From Bdellovibrio sp. (GTDB taxonomy: Bacteria; Bdellovibrionota; Bdellovibrionia; Bdellovibrionales; Bdellovibrionaceae): a stretch of 64,000 nucleotides of DNA. Below, piece after piece: positions 19,811 through 29,387 of this stretch. The notes below the pieces were generated by a model. The model saw only the letters and a program-made list of their open reading frames with translations, had not been told where the DNA came from and searched no databases. Location of the stretch: NCBI GenBank assembly GCA_036676395.1, contig JAKFCY010000002.1, forward strand, positions 2,304,001 through 2,368,000, in the 5' to 3' direction. The stretch's first letter is position 1, and each line of letters starts with the position of its first letter. The position numbers and the translations under genes are program-made.

Positions 19811-21378
19811 TACAAACTGAAACATCGCGCACTTTGCGTGAGACTGAATCAAAGTGGCGTCAACTTGCCGAAACAGCTCCAGATATTATTATCAGTATTG
19901 GACCAGACTGCAGAATTTTATTTATCAATAGAACCTTTGCAGCCTTTGCAAAAGATGAAGTGATCGGAAGACTTGCTACAGATTTCGTTCAACCCGACCA
20001 TATTCCAACGATGCTAAATGCATTAGATAAAGTTTTCACCAAAGCGATACCGGCTGAATATGAAATTCTAAGTCACGATTCAAAAAAACAGCCCGCTTGG
20101 TATTCGACAAAGATCGCTCCAGTAATCATCGACGGCCAAGTGATCAGTGCAACACTCATAACCCGTGATATTACCGAACGAAAACTGCTGCAAGAAGAGC
20201 TTGAACAAGCACGCGATAGTTTAGAAATTAAAATTCAAGAACGAACCGCAGAACTTCAAAGTTGGCTCTCTAAGCTTGAAGCCACCCTGGAAGCCACAGC
20301 TGATGGCATCCTCGTGATCGATTTACAAAGGCGAGCCATGACCTATAATCAGAAGCTATTGCAAATGTGGAACGTCAAAGATGAAGATATGGCTAACTAT
20401 ATCTCGGGAACACTTATCGCAGCGATCAAAGATCAACTTAAAGACACCGAAGACTTTTTAATCAAAACCGAAAAAATTTATGCTCGTCCCAATGAAAAAA
20501 GCGCAGACACTCTTGAATTTAAAGATGGAAGAATCTTTGAACGCTATTCGCAGCCCCAAAAGCTTCACGGCGTCGTTGTCGGAAGGGTTTGGAGTTTTCG
20601 GGATGTCACTCAGCAACGAAATGCCGAAGCTGAACGTGACCGCCTATTAATGAATGAACACCAGGCCCGCCTTGATGCTGAAAAATCTGTAAAAGCCCGT
20701 GATGAGTTTTTGGCTATGGCCTCGCACGAATTACGTACTCCACTGACACCTTTAAAAATGTATTTAGATTGGTTCAAACGTGAAGCCCGAAAAATAACTG
20801 TTGAAATGTTTCCTAAGGCACAAGTTCTGATGCAGGCTTTAGATCACACTGACCGTGAAGTTTCAAAATTGGTTCATTTAACTGATGATCTTTTAGATGT
20901 TTCAAGAATCACTGCTGGGCGATTAGTTTTAAATAAAGAGCCTATGGATTTAGTCGAACTGGTACTACAGGCTCAGGAACGCAATTTAGAAAATTCAAAA
21001 CGACGCAATTGCACAATCATCATAACAACCGATGGGCCAGTGAATGGCGTTTGGGATTTCAACCGGCTGGAACAAGTTGTTAACTGTTTACTGAGTAATG
21101 CGACAAAGTATGGTGCCGGAAAACCGGTTCAAGTGTCTGTGCTTAAAGAAGCTAACCGTGCAGTTCTGAAAATTGAAGATCAAGGAATCGGCATTGCACC
21201 TGAAGATCGTGAAAAAATATTTGAGCGTTTTGAACGCGCAAATTCGATTAAAAATTTTGATGGACTGGGATTAGGACTGTTCATATCGCGTGAAATTATC
21301 GCCGCGCACAGAGGAGTTATCACAGTTGAAAGTGAACTTGGAAAAGGCTCAATATTTACGGTGAGCCTTCCCTGTTAG
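19807..21378 (+). CDS. Cytoplasmic PAS-PAS histidine kinase
   Basis: Two PAS/PAC units (RDITERK, RDVTQQR), ASHELRTPL, DQGIGI, GLGLGL; no TM segment. Confidence 0.93.
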   Translation: MIQTETSRTLRETESKWRQLAETAPDIIISIGPDCRILFINRTFAAFAKDEVIGRLATDFVQPDHIPTMLNALDKVFTKAIPAEYEILSHDSKKQPAWYSTKIAPVIIDGQVISATLITRDITERKLLQEELEQARDSLEIKIQERTAELQSWLSKLEATLEATADGILVIDLQRRAMTYNQKLLQMWNVKDEDMANYISGTLIAAIKDQLKDTEDFLIKTEKIYARPNEKSADTLEFKDGRIFERYSQPQKLHGVVVGRVWSFRDVTQQRNAEAERDRLLMNEHQARLDAEKSVKARDEFLAMASHELRTPLTPLKMYLDWFKREARKITVEMFPKAQVLMQALDHTDREVSKLVHLTDDLLDVSRITAGRLVLNKEPMDLVELVLQAQERNLENSKRRNCTIIITTDGPVNGVWDFNRLEQVVNCLLSNATKYGAGKPVQVSVLKEANRAVLKIEDQGIGIAPEDREKIFERFERANSIKNFDGLGLGLFISREIIAAHRGVITVESELGKGSIFTVSLPC

Positions 21379-21479
21379 AAACAAAACGAACGAACTTGGT
21401 CTGCCAACGTTTCTATATTCAAGTTCGTTTTTAATCTCCGGTCTGATCAACGTACTACATTCGGAGTGATCAATTTTAA

Positions 21480-22544
21480 TTAATCCTTAGCTGGCTTCGT
21501 GTGAACAGCGTATTTTTCGAATTCGCCGTACTCATGAAGTTTATTGTAAAGAGTCTTAATCGTGATACCTAAACCTTGCGCCGCTTGAGTTTTGTTTCCA
21601 CCGTAGTGAGCAAGTGCTTTAATGATATAACGTTTTTCTAATTCATATAATGGCATAGTCGGATCGAAATCCATGCCTTCTTCTTTAGTTTCTGGATTAC
21701 GAACGAAATCAGGAAGATCGTTGATCATAATCATGTGGCCTTCAGATAGAATTTGTAAACGTTCGCAGACGTTTTGTAATTCACGGATGTTACCTGGCCA
21801 TTCATATTTAACTAATAATTTCAAAGCCTCTTCATCAATAGTTTTACCACGGTTTAAATAAGAGTGACCTTGTGATAAGAAATACTGGATAAGAACCGGA
21901 ATGTCTTCTTTACGACGACGTAATGGCGGAGCCGCTACAACGATCGTGTTAATACGATAGAATAAATCTTCACGGAAGTTTCCACGCACAACTTCTTGGT
22001 CTAATTCACGATTAGTTGCACAGATTAAACGAATATCTACTTTGATAGACTCTTTACCACCAACGCGGAAGATTTCGCCTTCTTGGATAAAACGTAAAAG
22101 TTTAGCTTGGATCGAAAGAGGTAACTCACCGATTTCATCTAAGAACAATGTTCCACCGTTAGCCGCTTCGGCTAAACCGATTTTTTTATTGTAAGCGCCA
22201 GTGAATGAACCTTTTTCGTGGCCGAATAATTCTGATTCTAAAAGTGTTTCACGTAAAGCACCGCAGTTGATCGCAACGAAAGGTTTGTTTTTGCGATTTG
22301 ATTTTTCATGAACTGCACGAGCAATTAACTCTTTACCAGTTCCAGATTCTCCAAGAACCAGGATGTTAGCTTGTGAAGGAGCAACTCTTTCGATCATTTT
22401 CATCATCTGACCCATAACATCTGATTTGTAGATGATTGATCTAGTTTCGATAACCTTTTGCGTTTGGTTACCAGTCCAACCCATTTGTGGTTGGTTTTGC
22501 GAGCTCGGTAATACTGTAGTTGCGCTAGAGTCATTTGAAGACAT
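21480..22544 (-). CDS. Sigma54-dependent activator (AAA+ plus Fis HTH, no N-terminal sensor)
   Basis: GESGTGKE, ESELFGHEKGSFTGA, FLDEIG, FREDLFYR, HTH. Confidence 0.93.
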   Translation of the reverse strand: MSSNDSSATTVLPSSQNQPQMGWTGNQTQKVIETRSIIYKSDVMGQMMKMIERVAPSQANILVLGESGTGKELIARAVHEKSNRKNKPFVAINCGALRETLLESELFGHEKGSFTGAYNKKIGLAEAANGGTLFLDEIGELPLSIQAKLLRFIQEGEIFRVGGKESIKVDIRLICATNRELDQEVVRGNFREDLFYRINTIVVAAPPLRRRKEDIPVLIQYFLSQGHSYLNRGKTIDEEALKLLVKYEWPGNIRELQNVCERLQILSEGHMIMINDLPDFVRNPETKEEGMDFDPTMPLYELEKRYIIKALAHYGGNKTQAAQGLGITIKTLYNKLHEYGEFEKYAVHTKPAKD

Positions 22545-22730
22545 GGGGCCTACCTTTCACGTACTGTTAAACGTCCAAGAGTTGGTGTCTCATTATGATT
22601 AGCTCATTTTGATACACCGTGTTATGCCCGTAATATAACCAAGGTCGAGTAATAATTGCAAGGAAAATATTGCATCGTGTTAAAATAATTTTAGGACCCC
22701 TCAATTGCTATTGGCTAATATATAATCAAT

Positions 22731-23669
22731 TTGATGGCTTATTTATTAACCAAACAGATTCATAACTTCTTGAAATATCTAGAAAATATTGAATCTTGTT
22801 CACCTTTAACGATTAAGGCCTATACCCTTGATTTGAACCAAGCTTTCTTTCAATCGAGCACTCCCAAAAGACACACCCGTAAAAACAATAATTTGATTAA
22901 TTTAGCCGACGTTAAGACTTTGAGCTTTAATAATGGCGAAGATCTTTGGCTGACTTGCCGTGATTCTTTAAACCAATGGGGTAAACTTTCACTCGCTTCC
23001 CGCAACCGAAAGATCGCTACCCTTAAGAGCTTTTTTAACTGGCTCTACGCTGAAAGATTGATCGATAAAAACTACGCTGACCAGTTAATTTGCCCTAAGG
23101 TTCCGAAAAAAATTCCGCATTTTATTTCAGTCGATGAAGTGATTAGCGTGCTACAGTTTTTAAATACCTCTGCTAACGAAGCTGCACAGATTCAAAAAGC
23201 CTTATTTAATTTATTATACGGCGGCGGAATGCGTATCAGCGAAGCCTGCAATCTTCGCTGGAAAAACATTCAGTTAGATCAAAGAAAAATTCTGGTCGTC
23301 GGAAAAGGTAATAAAGAGCGTTTAATTATCATTCCTGAGACCTGCAACGATGTTCTTAAAGCCTTTCATGCACGTAATAAAAATATGGAATTTGTATTTG
23401 GTGAAGAGCCTCTGTCGACACGCAAAGGTTATGAACTGATTCGAACTCTCGGAAGACAGGTGGGTCTGATGAACCCCCTGCATCCGCATTCATTACGTCA
23501 TAGCTTTGCGACGCATATGTTGGCCAGTGGCACTAACCTTAGAACTCTGCAATCTATGCTTGGTCACGACAGTCTAACGGCCACTGAAAAGTATACACAT
23601 CTTAATATTGATACTCTGGCTCGAATCGTTGAAGTTAGACATCCACTTTCAAAAAAGAAATTCGATTAG
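22731..23669 (+). CDS. XerC/XerD-family tyrosine recombinase (start probably ATG 22734)
   Basis: GMRISE, GKGNKER, HPHSLRHSFATH, LGH, catalytic Y in TEKYTH; no flanking mobile genes. Confidence 0.9.
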   Translation: MMAYLLTKQIHNFLKYLENIESCSPLTIKAYTLDLNQAFFQSSTPKRHTRKNNNLINLADVKTLSFNNGEDLWLTCRDSLNQWGKLSLASRNRKIATLKSFFNWLYAERLIDKNYADQLICPKVPKKIPHFISVDEVISVLQFLNTSANEAAQIQKALFNLLYGGGMRISEACNLRWKNIQLDQRKILVVGKGNKERLIIIPETCNDVLKAFHARNKNMEFVFGEEPLSTRKGYELIRTLGRQVGLMNPLHPHSLRHSFATHMLASGTNLRTLQSMLGHDSLTATEKYTHLNIDTLARIVEVRHPLSKKKFD

Positions 23670-23754
23670 CCAACCCACTAGCCTTATTACCTGTTTGTCT
23701 GCAAAACTGACATTATATTGCGCGCAGATCGCAATTATTTTGTAAAATAAAAGC

Positions 23755-24360
23755 ATGAAAAAAGCAGTCGTTTTATTAGTAATTTCAGTTATTTCAAGCT
23801 TGGCTAATTCGCAGCAAATACTTTATCCAGTGGCGCATAAATTAGAAAACACCCAATATAAAGGAAGTCCGTTATCATTGGATGCTTATGTTCAAAAAAA
23901 TAAAGCAGAATGTACCAATCGTGTAGCGACGCAAATGCTTAAACTTTCTCGAGAAAAAAATAAAGATTTTATAAATTACAGTAAAGCTATCGGAGCAAAA
24001 CTGAAACAAGTCGACGATCGCTGCAATTTCTATCGTTTTGAATTAATTGATTACGTAGAAGATGGCGGCATTGATATGCGCTTTGCTTATCGTTGTTATG
24101 CAACGAAAGCAGGAACATTACCCCATCAAAGAGTTTCTCATATCGATCCTTTAGTGATTAACCCGTCTATTTTTTATAAAGATGAAGATCTGATCGAAGA
24201 AAAATGTGATGCATTAGCTATCATGAAAAAAATAAATGCATCCCCGGCTAAGTCGATGAAAAATGGTGGCAGTAACAGTTCTGCTCCCGCGGCAGCAGCG
24301 CCGGTAAAAAGCGGCACGCGTTCGAATAGTAAATCTAAAAAAGTCTCAACGCAGAATTAA
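23755..24360 (+). CDS. Secreted hypothetical protein
   Basis: Signal peptide (SLANS), four Cys, low-complexity basic tail. Confidence 0.7.
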   Translation: MKKAVVLLVISVISSLANSQQILYPVAHKLENTQYKGSPLSLDAYVQKNKAECTNRVATQMLKLSREKNKDFINYSKAIGAKLKQVDDRCNFYRFELIDYVEDGGIDMRFAYRCYATKAGTLPHQRVSHIDPLVINPSIFYKDEDLIEEKCDALAIMKKINASPAKSMKNGGSNSSAPAAAAPVKSGTRSNSKSKKVSTQN

Positions 24361-24971
24361 AACCCGGTATCCGCATTTTTAATATAATGAAGCACTTGTG
24401 ATTCGATTGAATCCGTATAGTTATCGATGATTTCAGCCATATCAGGAATTTGATCTAATTGTTCTGACTCAGACATGTTGATCTTTAAAAACGGAGACAT
24501 CCAATCTTCGACTGAAATTACGCCCTGTTGAAATAGAAATTTAAGACAGAAATGTAACTTAAATCTTTGCAAGTTTGTGGTTTTACCCAATTGGCGCAGT
24601 GAATGACCGACAAGGTTAAATAAGAAGTGTGAATCAAAATCACCTTCTTGTGAAACGTGATAGGCACAATTTAACATAAATAGACCGAATTCTAATTTAT
24701 CATAATCTGCACGAATATCTTTAAAATCATCGATCAGTACAGCTTCATTTAAAACATTGAGCTGATCATCAGATTTTTTTTCTTTATACGTAAGCAAGAC
24801 AAAATGTGTGGGCTCTAGAACACCACCACCGAAACGCTTTTTACTTTTTAAAGCAGAACGTGCAATAAAAGATTTTTTCGCACCCGCCATCGACAAGGCG
24901 TGAATGATTAAGTCGGCCTCGCCGTATTTCATTTTACGTAAGATAATAAATTTATTCTGCAACTCAGACAT
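24357..24971 (-). CDS. recO: DNA repair protein RecO
   Basis: IILRKMKYGEADLII...ARSALKSKKRFGG..LEP N-terminal OB motif. Confidence 0.9.
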   Translation of the reverse strand: MSELQNKFIILRKMKYGEADLIIHALSMAGAKKSFIARSALKSKKRFGGGVLEPTHFVLLTYKEKKSDDQLNVLNEAVLIDDFKDIRADYDKLEFGLFMLNCAYHVSQEGDFDSHFLFNLVGHSLRQLGKTTNLQRFKLHFCLKFLFQQGVISVEDWMSPFLKINMSESEQLDQIPDMAEIIDNYTDSIESQVLHYIKNADTGF

Positions 24972-26700
24972 TGCGTGGAACCTGAAAAATAAACTCTGTT
25001 CCTTGTCCAGGACTACTTTTCACGTGAACAGATCCATTATGAGATTTAATAATTTGATAAACGATGTATAGCCCCAAACCCAAACCACCATAACTTTGAC
25101 TAGAGACTCCACGTTCAAATTTATTAAACATTTTTTTCTGAAACTCGTCAGAAATACCGATACCATTATCTTTGATACTGAAGATGGCTGAATCACCCTC
25201 GACACGTAAATTGATTTCAATAATTGCTTGCGTCGAAAATTTCACTGAATTACTTAGGCAATTTGTAATAACCTGTTCAATACGCTGGGCATCCCAATAA
25301 ACTTCGACTTCAGGCTGCAAAGACATCTGCACAGAGCAGTTGTTCGCTTTAAATATTGATTCAAACTTTTCAACCGTACCACGAATCAGAATATCAAGTT
25401 TAAATGGCGAAAGATTATACTGGTAGTGTTCTTCGCCGATGCGGCCCACATCTAATAGATCATCTATCAGTGCCACAATATGATTTAAATGTTTATTCGC
25501 ATTATCCAGAAGGCTTAAAATTTTTTCTTGGCTGGCGTGTCCTGTTTGCATCAGCTCTTTTACCAAAAAGATTTCCATTTTAAGAGGCGTCAGCGGTGTA
25601 CGTAGCTCATGCGAAGCGACCGTCATAAATTCTTCACGCACCTTTGTCGCTATTTCGGCAGTGACACGTCCATCGCGTTCATGCAAAAAAAATGTTACCG
25701 CCAACATCAATAACAATACAATGAAAGCCGCTACATATGGAATTCCTAAATGGATCACTGATTTATACTGGCTTGACGGAAAATGCGTAAACCGCCAAGT
25801 ACGCTGTCCTACCGTCAACAATGTGCTAAAAATCAATTCCTCATCAACATCATCTTCGATTTCTGTAAAACTAACTAATTTAGCTGCTTGCGAATCATAG
25901 CGAAGCGTCTTTAAGGGAGCCGCATCTTTGGTAACTTGTTCGACGATAAAGTCTACTCCGTCGGCTTGTGACGAAACAATTGCTGCTTCAATGAATTTTT
26001 TTAATCGAAAAACACCGGCGGCAAAGTCATTCGTTTTTTGAATGCTTAGGTAAACTACGAAACCAAGCTCTCCTTGAGCCAGTGTTAACCACGGTGAAAT
26101 ACCAAGACCATTAGTTTCAGCTATCATCAAGGCTTCATTGGCTTCTGGCGTAAAACTGACATCGTAACCAAGTGCTGCGATATTCTCCTGCAGAGGCTCA
26201 ACAAAATTAAGCACATAATAATGATCGCGCATCGCCGCAGGTTTTAATTTTCCATCAGGGCCCAACTCTTTGATCACAAAGTTCAAGAAACCTTCAGCTT
26301 TTAACTGAGATTCATACTTTGCCCGTTCCGGACCAGTTACACGAATCATATGTTCGATGGCCTGAAGACCGGGGTGACGAAGCAGTGAATTCGATACAAA
26401 ATCTTTAAACTGCTGGCGCGAAATATCTTTGCGTGTAAAGAATAAATTTTGAATCGAGTAAATGACTTCTAAATTTTGATTAAATGATTTTTCTAAAAGT
26501 GACTCTACGGTCTTTGCACGAAACTCAATCTTGGAATGATTTTTTTCTTCGATGTACTCTTGCATCAGCGCAAACGAAATGAATGCCAGAGCAAAACTCA
26601 CCACAATTAATAAATTGTGAAACGTGAAAATCCGCTGCAAACGGCTTCTAGATAGTTGTTTGATATTGTTCTCCAAGAATCGATAACAGTTTAGCAACAT
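24964..26700 (-). CDS. CHASE-domain sensor histidine kinase (start uncertain)
   Basis: TM, CHASE-like segment (FVEPLQENIAALGYDV, VGQRTW), TM, ASHELRTPL, GGLGLGL. Confidence 0.9.
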   Translation of the reverse strand: MLLNCYRFLENNIKQLSRSRLQRIFTFHNLLIVVSFALAFISFALMQEYIEEKNHSKIEFRAKTVESLLEKSFNQNLEVIYSIQNLFFTRKDISRQQFKDFVSNSLLRHPGLQAIEHMIRVTGPERAKYESQLKAEGFLNFVIKELGPDGKLKPAAMRDHYYVLNFVEPLQENIAALGYDVSFTPEANEALMIAETNGLGISPWLTLAQGELGFVVYLSIQKTNDFAAGVFRLKKFIEAAIVSSQADGVDFIVEQVTKDAAPLKTLRYDSQAAKLVSFTEIEDDVDEELIFSTLLTVGQRTWRFTHFPSSQYKSVIHLGIPYVAAFIVLLLMLAVTFFLHERDGRVTAEIATKVREEFMTVASHELRTPLTPLKMEIFLVKELMQTGHASQEKILSLLDNANKHLNHIVALIDDLLDVGRIGEEHYQYNLSPFKLDILIRGTVEKFESIFKANNCSVQMSLQPEVEVYWDAQRIEQVITNCLSNSVKFSTQAIIEINLRVEGDSAIFSIKDNGIGISDEFQKKMFNKFERGVSSQSYGGLGLGLYIVYQIIKSHNGSVHVKSSPGQGTEFIFQVPRNV

Positions 26701-27013
26701 CGAATGGCTTTAGCAGCGTTGTGTAATTTTTTATTTCATGAGCTTTGTTGCGGGCTGCGGTCATAACAATGATGGGAACCTTAGGATTAATGTGGCCACC
26801 TTCCATCATCTTCATAAATTCGAAGCCATCCATCACTGGCATCATTAGATCTAACAAAATAACTGAGGGGGCTGGGCCGCGAGTTAAAGTTTCTAAAGCC
26901 TCTTTACCATTAGAGACACAATTAACAACGTAACCGTGCAACTCAAGGATCATTTTAATAGCGGCTTGAATGTCTTTGTCGTCATCGACAATGAGTACAC
27001 TTGTTTCGTTCAC
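26648..27013 (-). CDS. Single-domain response regulator
   Basis: VDDDKD, LLDLMMPVMDG, MTA, KPF. Confidence 0.92.
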   Translation of the reverse strand: MNETSVLIVDDDKDIQAAIKMILELHGYVVNCVSNGKEALETLTRGPAPSVILLDLMMPVMDGFEFMKMMEGGHINPKVPIIVMTAARNKAHEIKNYTTLLKPFDVAKLLSILGEQYQTTI

Positions 27014-27043
27014 CCTGTAATATTATGGCCTAGGCCAAAGGTG

Positions 27044-28018
27044 TCAAGAAATAGACCAAGTCGATTCATGAGTTAGTTTATCGTGGATTTCAGTGATTTT
27101 TTGTAAGGTGTTCTCGCTCACTGCATTGAGATCAATTATTAAAAGCCCCATCATCAAATCTACGCTTTTTGCCTCGGCCCACCATGCCGGAATTGCCTCA
27201 ATAACCCAACTGGGAAGCTCGCTGGGAGCAAAAGCCTCATCTGCTTTAAAGTTCAATTCAGCTTTAAGAGCTGACCCCGCTACTGTCTTCGAACAGATCA
27301 CTAAGCGATCTTGTAAAGTTGCTGGTTTCATAGCAAAACGGTTAAAATAATTTAACACGAAGTCATCGATCTTTTTCAGAAGCGCTGTGTTGACCTGAGT
27401 CTCAGCCGCGGCTTTTGAAAGGTAGTTTTTCACTGTTTCTAAATTATTCTGATAATGGCCAATCAAGGTCGGCGTTTTCAACTTTTCGCCATGATAAACA
27501 AGACATTTTTCGTCTTTGAAGGCCGAACCCGATTCGATAAACACTGAATAGCCAAACTGCTTTATAACATCAGCATCTTCAGCATTAAACTTAGACTTAA
27601 CTTCAATAGAAAAAATTCTTTTAGCTGATAATAATTTATGAATTTCTTGGCGTTGTTCAAGGTTTAAAATTTTTTCGCCAGTGATTTCATTTTCTGAAGA
27701 CCATAATACAAAATTTACTTCATGATCAAATTGCGAAATATACTGCGCTACATTTTCATTTTCTTTTTTAAAAAGTAGCGGTGTTTGCAAACGGTAAAAA
27801 TGTGGCAATAAACATTCTTGCAAACTTGAGCCTGCACGAATCGAACCTACTTTTGGACGATGTGATAAAAACTGTAATAAACCAAAACATAAATCATAGC
27901 CGGCCAACATCACATTTTCAAAAGCACGCACCCTTAACGGCTGGCCAAACTTTTTAGAAACAGCTTCTGATAACTGTTCATTAAGAGCCTGGTAATTTTC
28001 AGCGTAAAGGTAGTTCAT
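27044..28018 (-). CDS. Hypothetical protein, possible degenerate class-V aminotransferase fold
   Basis: 324-aa ORF; ENEITGE resembles the IscS/NifS NNExG motif; no SxHK motif. Confidence 0.55.
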   Translation of the reverse strand: MNYLYAENYQALNEQLSEAVSKKFGQPLRVRAFENVMLAGYDLCFGLLQFLSHRPKVGSIRAGSSLQECLLPHFYRLQTPLLFKKENENVAQYISQFDHEVNFVLWSSENEITGEKILNLEQRQEIHKLLSAKRIFSIEVKSKFNAEDADVIKQFGYSVFIESGSAFKDEKCLVYHGEKLKTPTLIGHYQNNLETVKNYLSKAAAETQVNTALLKKIDDFVLNYFNRFAMKPATLQDRLVICSKTVAGSALKAELNFKADEAFAPSELPSWVIEAIPAWWAEAKSVDLMMGLLIIDLNAVSENTLQKITEIHDKLTHESTWSIS

Positions 28019-28171
28019 ACTCTTATTTCAAACTGAAATCGCACAAATAACAAAGCGATTTAGCTGATATTTAGACTAGACCACTGACATTTGTCCAATT
28101 CTCAAGGCCACCAGTCTAAGTCATAATGGTATTTGGAAGTCGTGTCGAAGACACGCAAAGGACATCTGCAT

Positions 28172-28783
28172 ATGAAAAAACTATTGTTGTTAGTATTACT
28201 TTTTCCCATGAGTTCATGGGCTTTATTTACAGCTCGCGCGACTTACACTGGAGTCGTTGCCAAAGATGCGCTTAAAGATGTTTGCGCCGGCACTTCATGC
28301 GAAGGCGTTGCTCCCGATATGGTTCCTCTTTATGGCTTAGGCGCTGATGTGATTGTAAAACTTCCCTTAGTACCAATTGGTTTTGGTATACGCACTGAAA
28401 AATTAGGATTAGATGTAAATAAAAACGGAGTTGAAGGCGAAGCCAGTTTAAACAGAACAGCCGCTTTAATTAATTATCGCTTTATTGATACGATCATTCA
28501 TTTTGGCTTAATCGGCTCGTATGGTGTTGATCACAGTGCCAACATTCGCGTAGCTCAATCAGGCTCAAATGTTGTGGATTACTCAGGCGGCAGTTTAAAG
28601 TCATACTCTTTAGGGCTTGAACTGGAAGTAAAACCTTTAATTATTATTCCATTAATTGTTGGAGCTGAAACTGGAATTATGAATACTAAGTGGAGTGGCG
28701 CTACTAATTCGGTAAACAGCACCACCAAAGATATCGACTTAAGCGGAACTTATATTAAGTTTTTCTTAGGTATTGATATCTAA
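28172..28783 (+). CDS. Probable outer-membrane beta-barrel protein
   Basis: SD AAGGA before ATG 28172, signal peptide, amphipathic strands, C-terminal YIKFFLGIDI. Confidence 0.7.
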   Translation: MKKLLLLVLLFPMSSWALFTARATYTGVVAKDALKDVCAGTSCEGVAPDMVPLYGLGADVIVKLPLVPIGFGIRTEKLGLDVNKNGVEGEASLNRTAALINYRFIDTIIHFGLIGSYGVDHSANIRVAQSGSNVVDYSGGSLKSYSLGLELEVKPLIIIPLIVGAETGIMNTKWSGATNSVNSTTKDIDLSGTYIKFFLGIDI

Positions 28784-28788
28784 AATAA

Positions 28789-28818
28789 AAAAAGGAGAAG
28801 TTTTAACTTCTCCTTTTT
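28789..28818. terminator. Bidirectional terminator between convergent OMP gene and nuoI
   Basis: AAAAAGGAGAAGTT-TT-AACTTCTCCTTTTT. Confidence 0.88.
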
Positions 28819-28853
28819 AATTCTCTGATTCTAATTTTCAGTTCTATTTATAA

Positions 28854-29378
28854 CTAGATACCTGATTTTAAACGTTCTTGATCATCAACCACAGATTGAA
28901 TTCCACCTTTAAGACCTGGGCGGTAAGCCAAGTGTTTGATGTCGTATGTAAAGTTAGCTCCGTTTAAGCCAGGAGTTTGCCACTCAGGCCCTAAACGAAT
29001 TGCATCCACTGGGCACGCTTCTTCACAGAAACCGCAGAATACACAACGTAGCATATCGATTTCATACGCGATGGGGTATTTTTCAACATGTGGATCTGGA
29101 TGTTCAGATGCAGTGATTTTGATACAATCTGCTGGGCAGTTTGTCGCACATAACATACAAGCCGTACAACGAATTGCACCGTCTTTTTTCACAGTAAGAA
29201 TGTGATTGCCTTTAAATCTTGGAGAGTACTCATACTTCTCTTCAGGATAATTTAAAGTGATCATTTCTTTTTTGTTAAAAATATTTTTTAACATATGTCT
29301 CATAGTAATACCCATGCCCGTTAAAATCCCGGGTAAGTACCATTTTGATTTTTCAGAAGTGTTTTGCATTACAGCCAT
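28854..29378 (-). CDS. nuoI: NADH-quinone oxidoreductase subunit I
   Basis: YPEEK; CTACMLCATNCP and CVFCGFCEEACP. Confidence 0.97.
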   Translation of the reverse strand: MAVMQNTSEKSKWYLPGILTGMGITMRHMLKNIFNKKEMITLNYPEEKYEYSPRFKGNHILTVKKDGAIRCTACMLCATNCPADCIKITASEHPDPHVEKYPIAYEIDMLRCVFCGFCEEACPVDAIRLGPEWQTPGLNGANFTYDIKHLAYRPGLKGGIQSVVDDQERLKSGI

Positions 29379-29387
29379 AAATTACTC

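Noticed and set aside
21389..21429. AACGAACTTG/CAAGTTCGTT inverted repeat as a mobile-element end
   Set aside because: Lies between convergent genes and is followed by Ts; most simply a terminator-like hairpin
22731..23669. Tyrosine recombinase as prophage or island integrase
   Set aside because: Xer-like size and motifs; no att repeats, adjacent tRNA, phage or cargo genes seen; no dif-like site recognised
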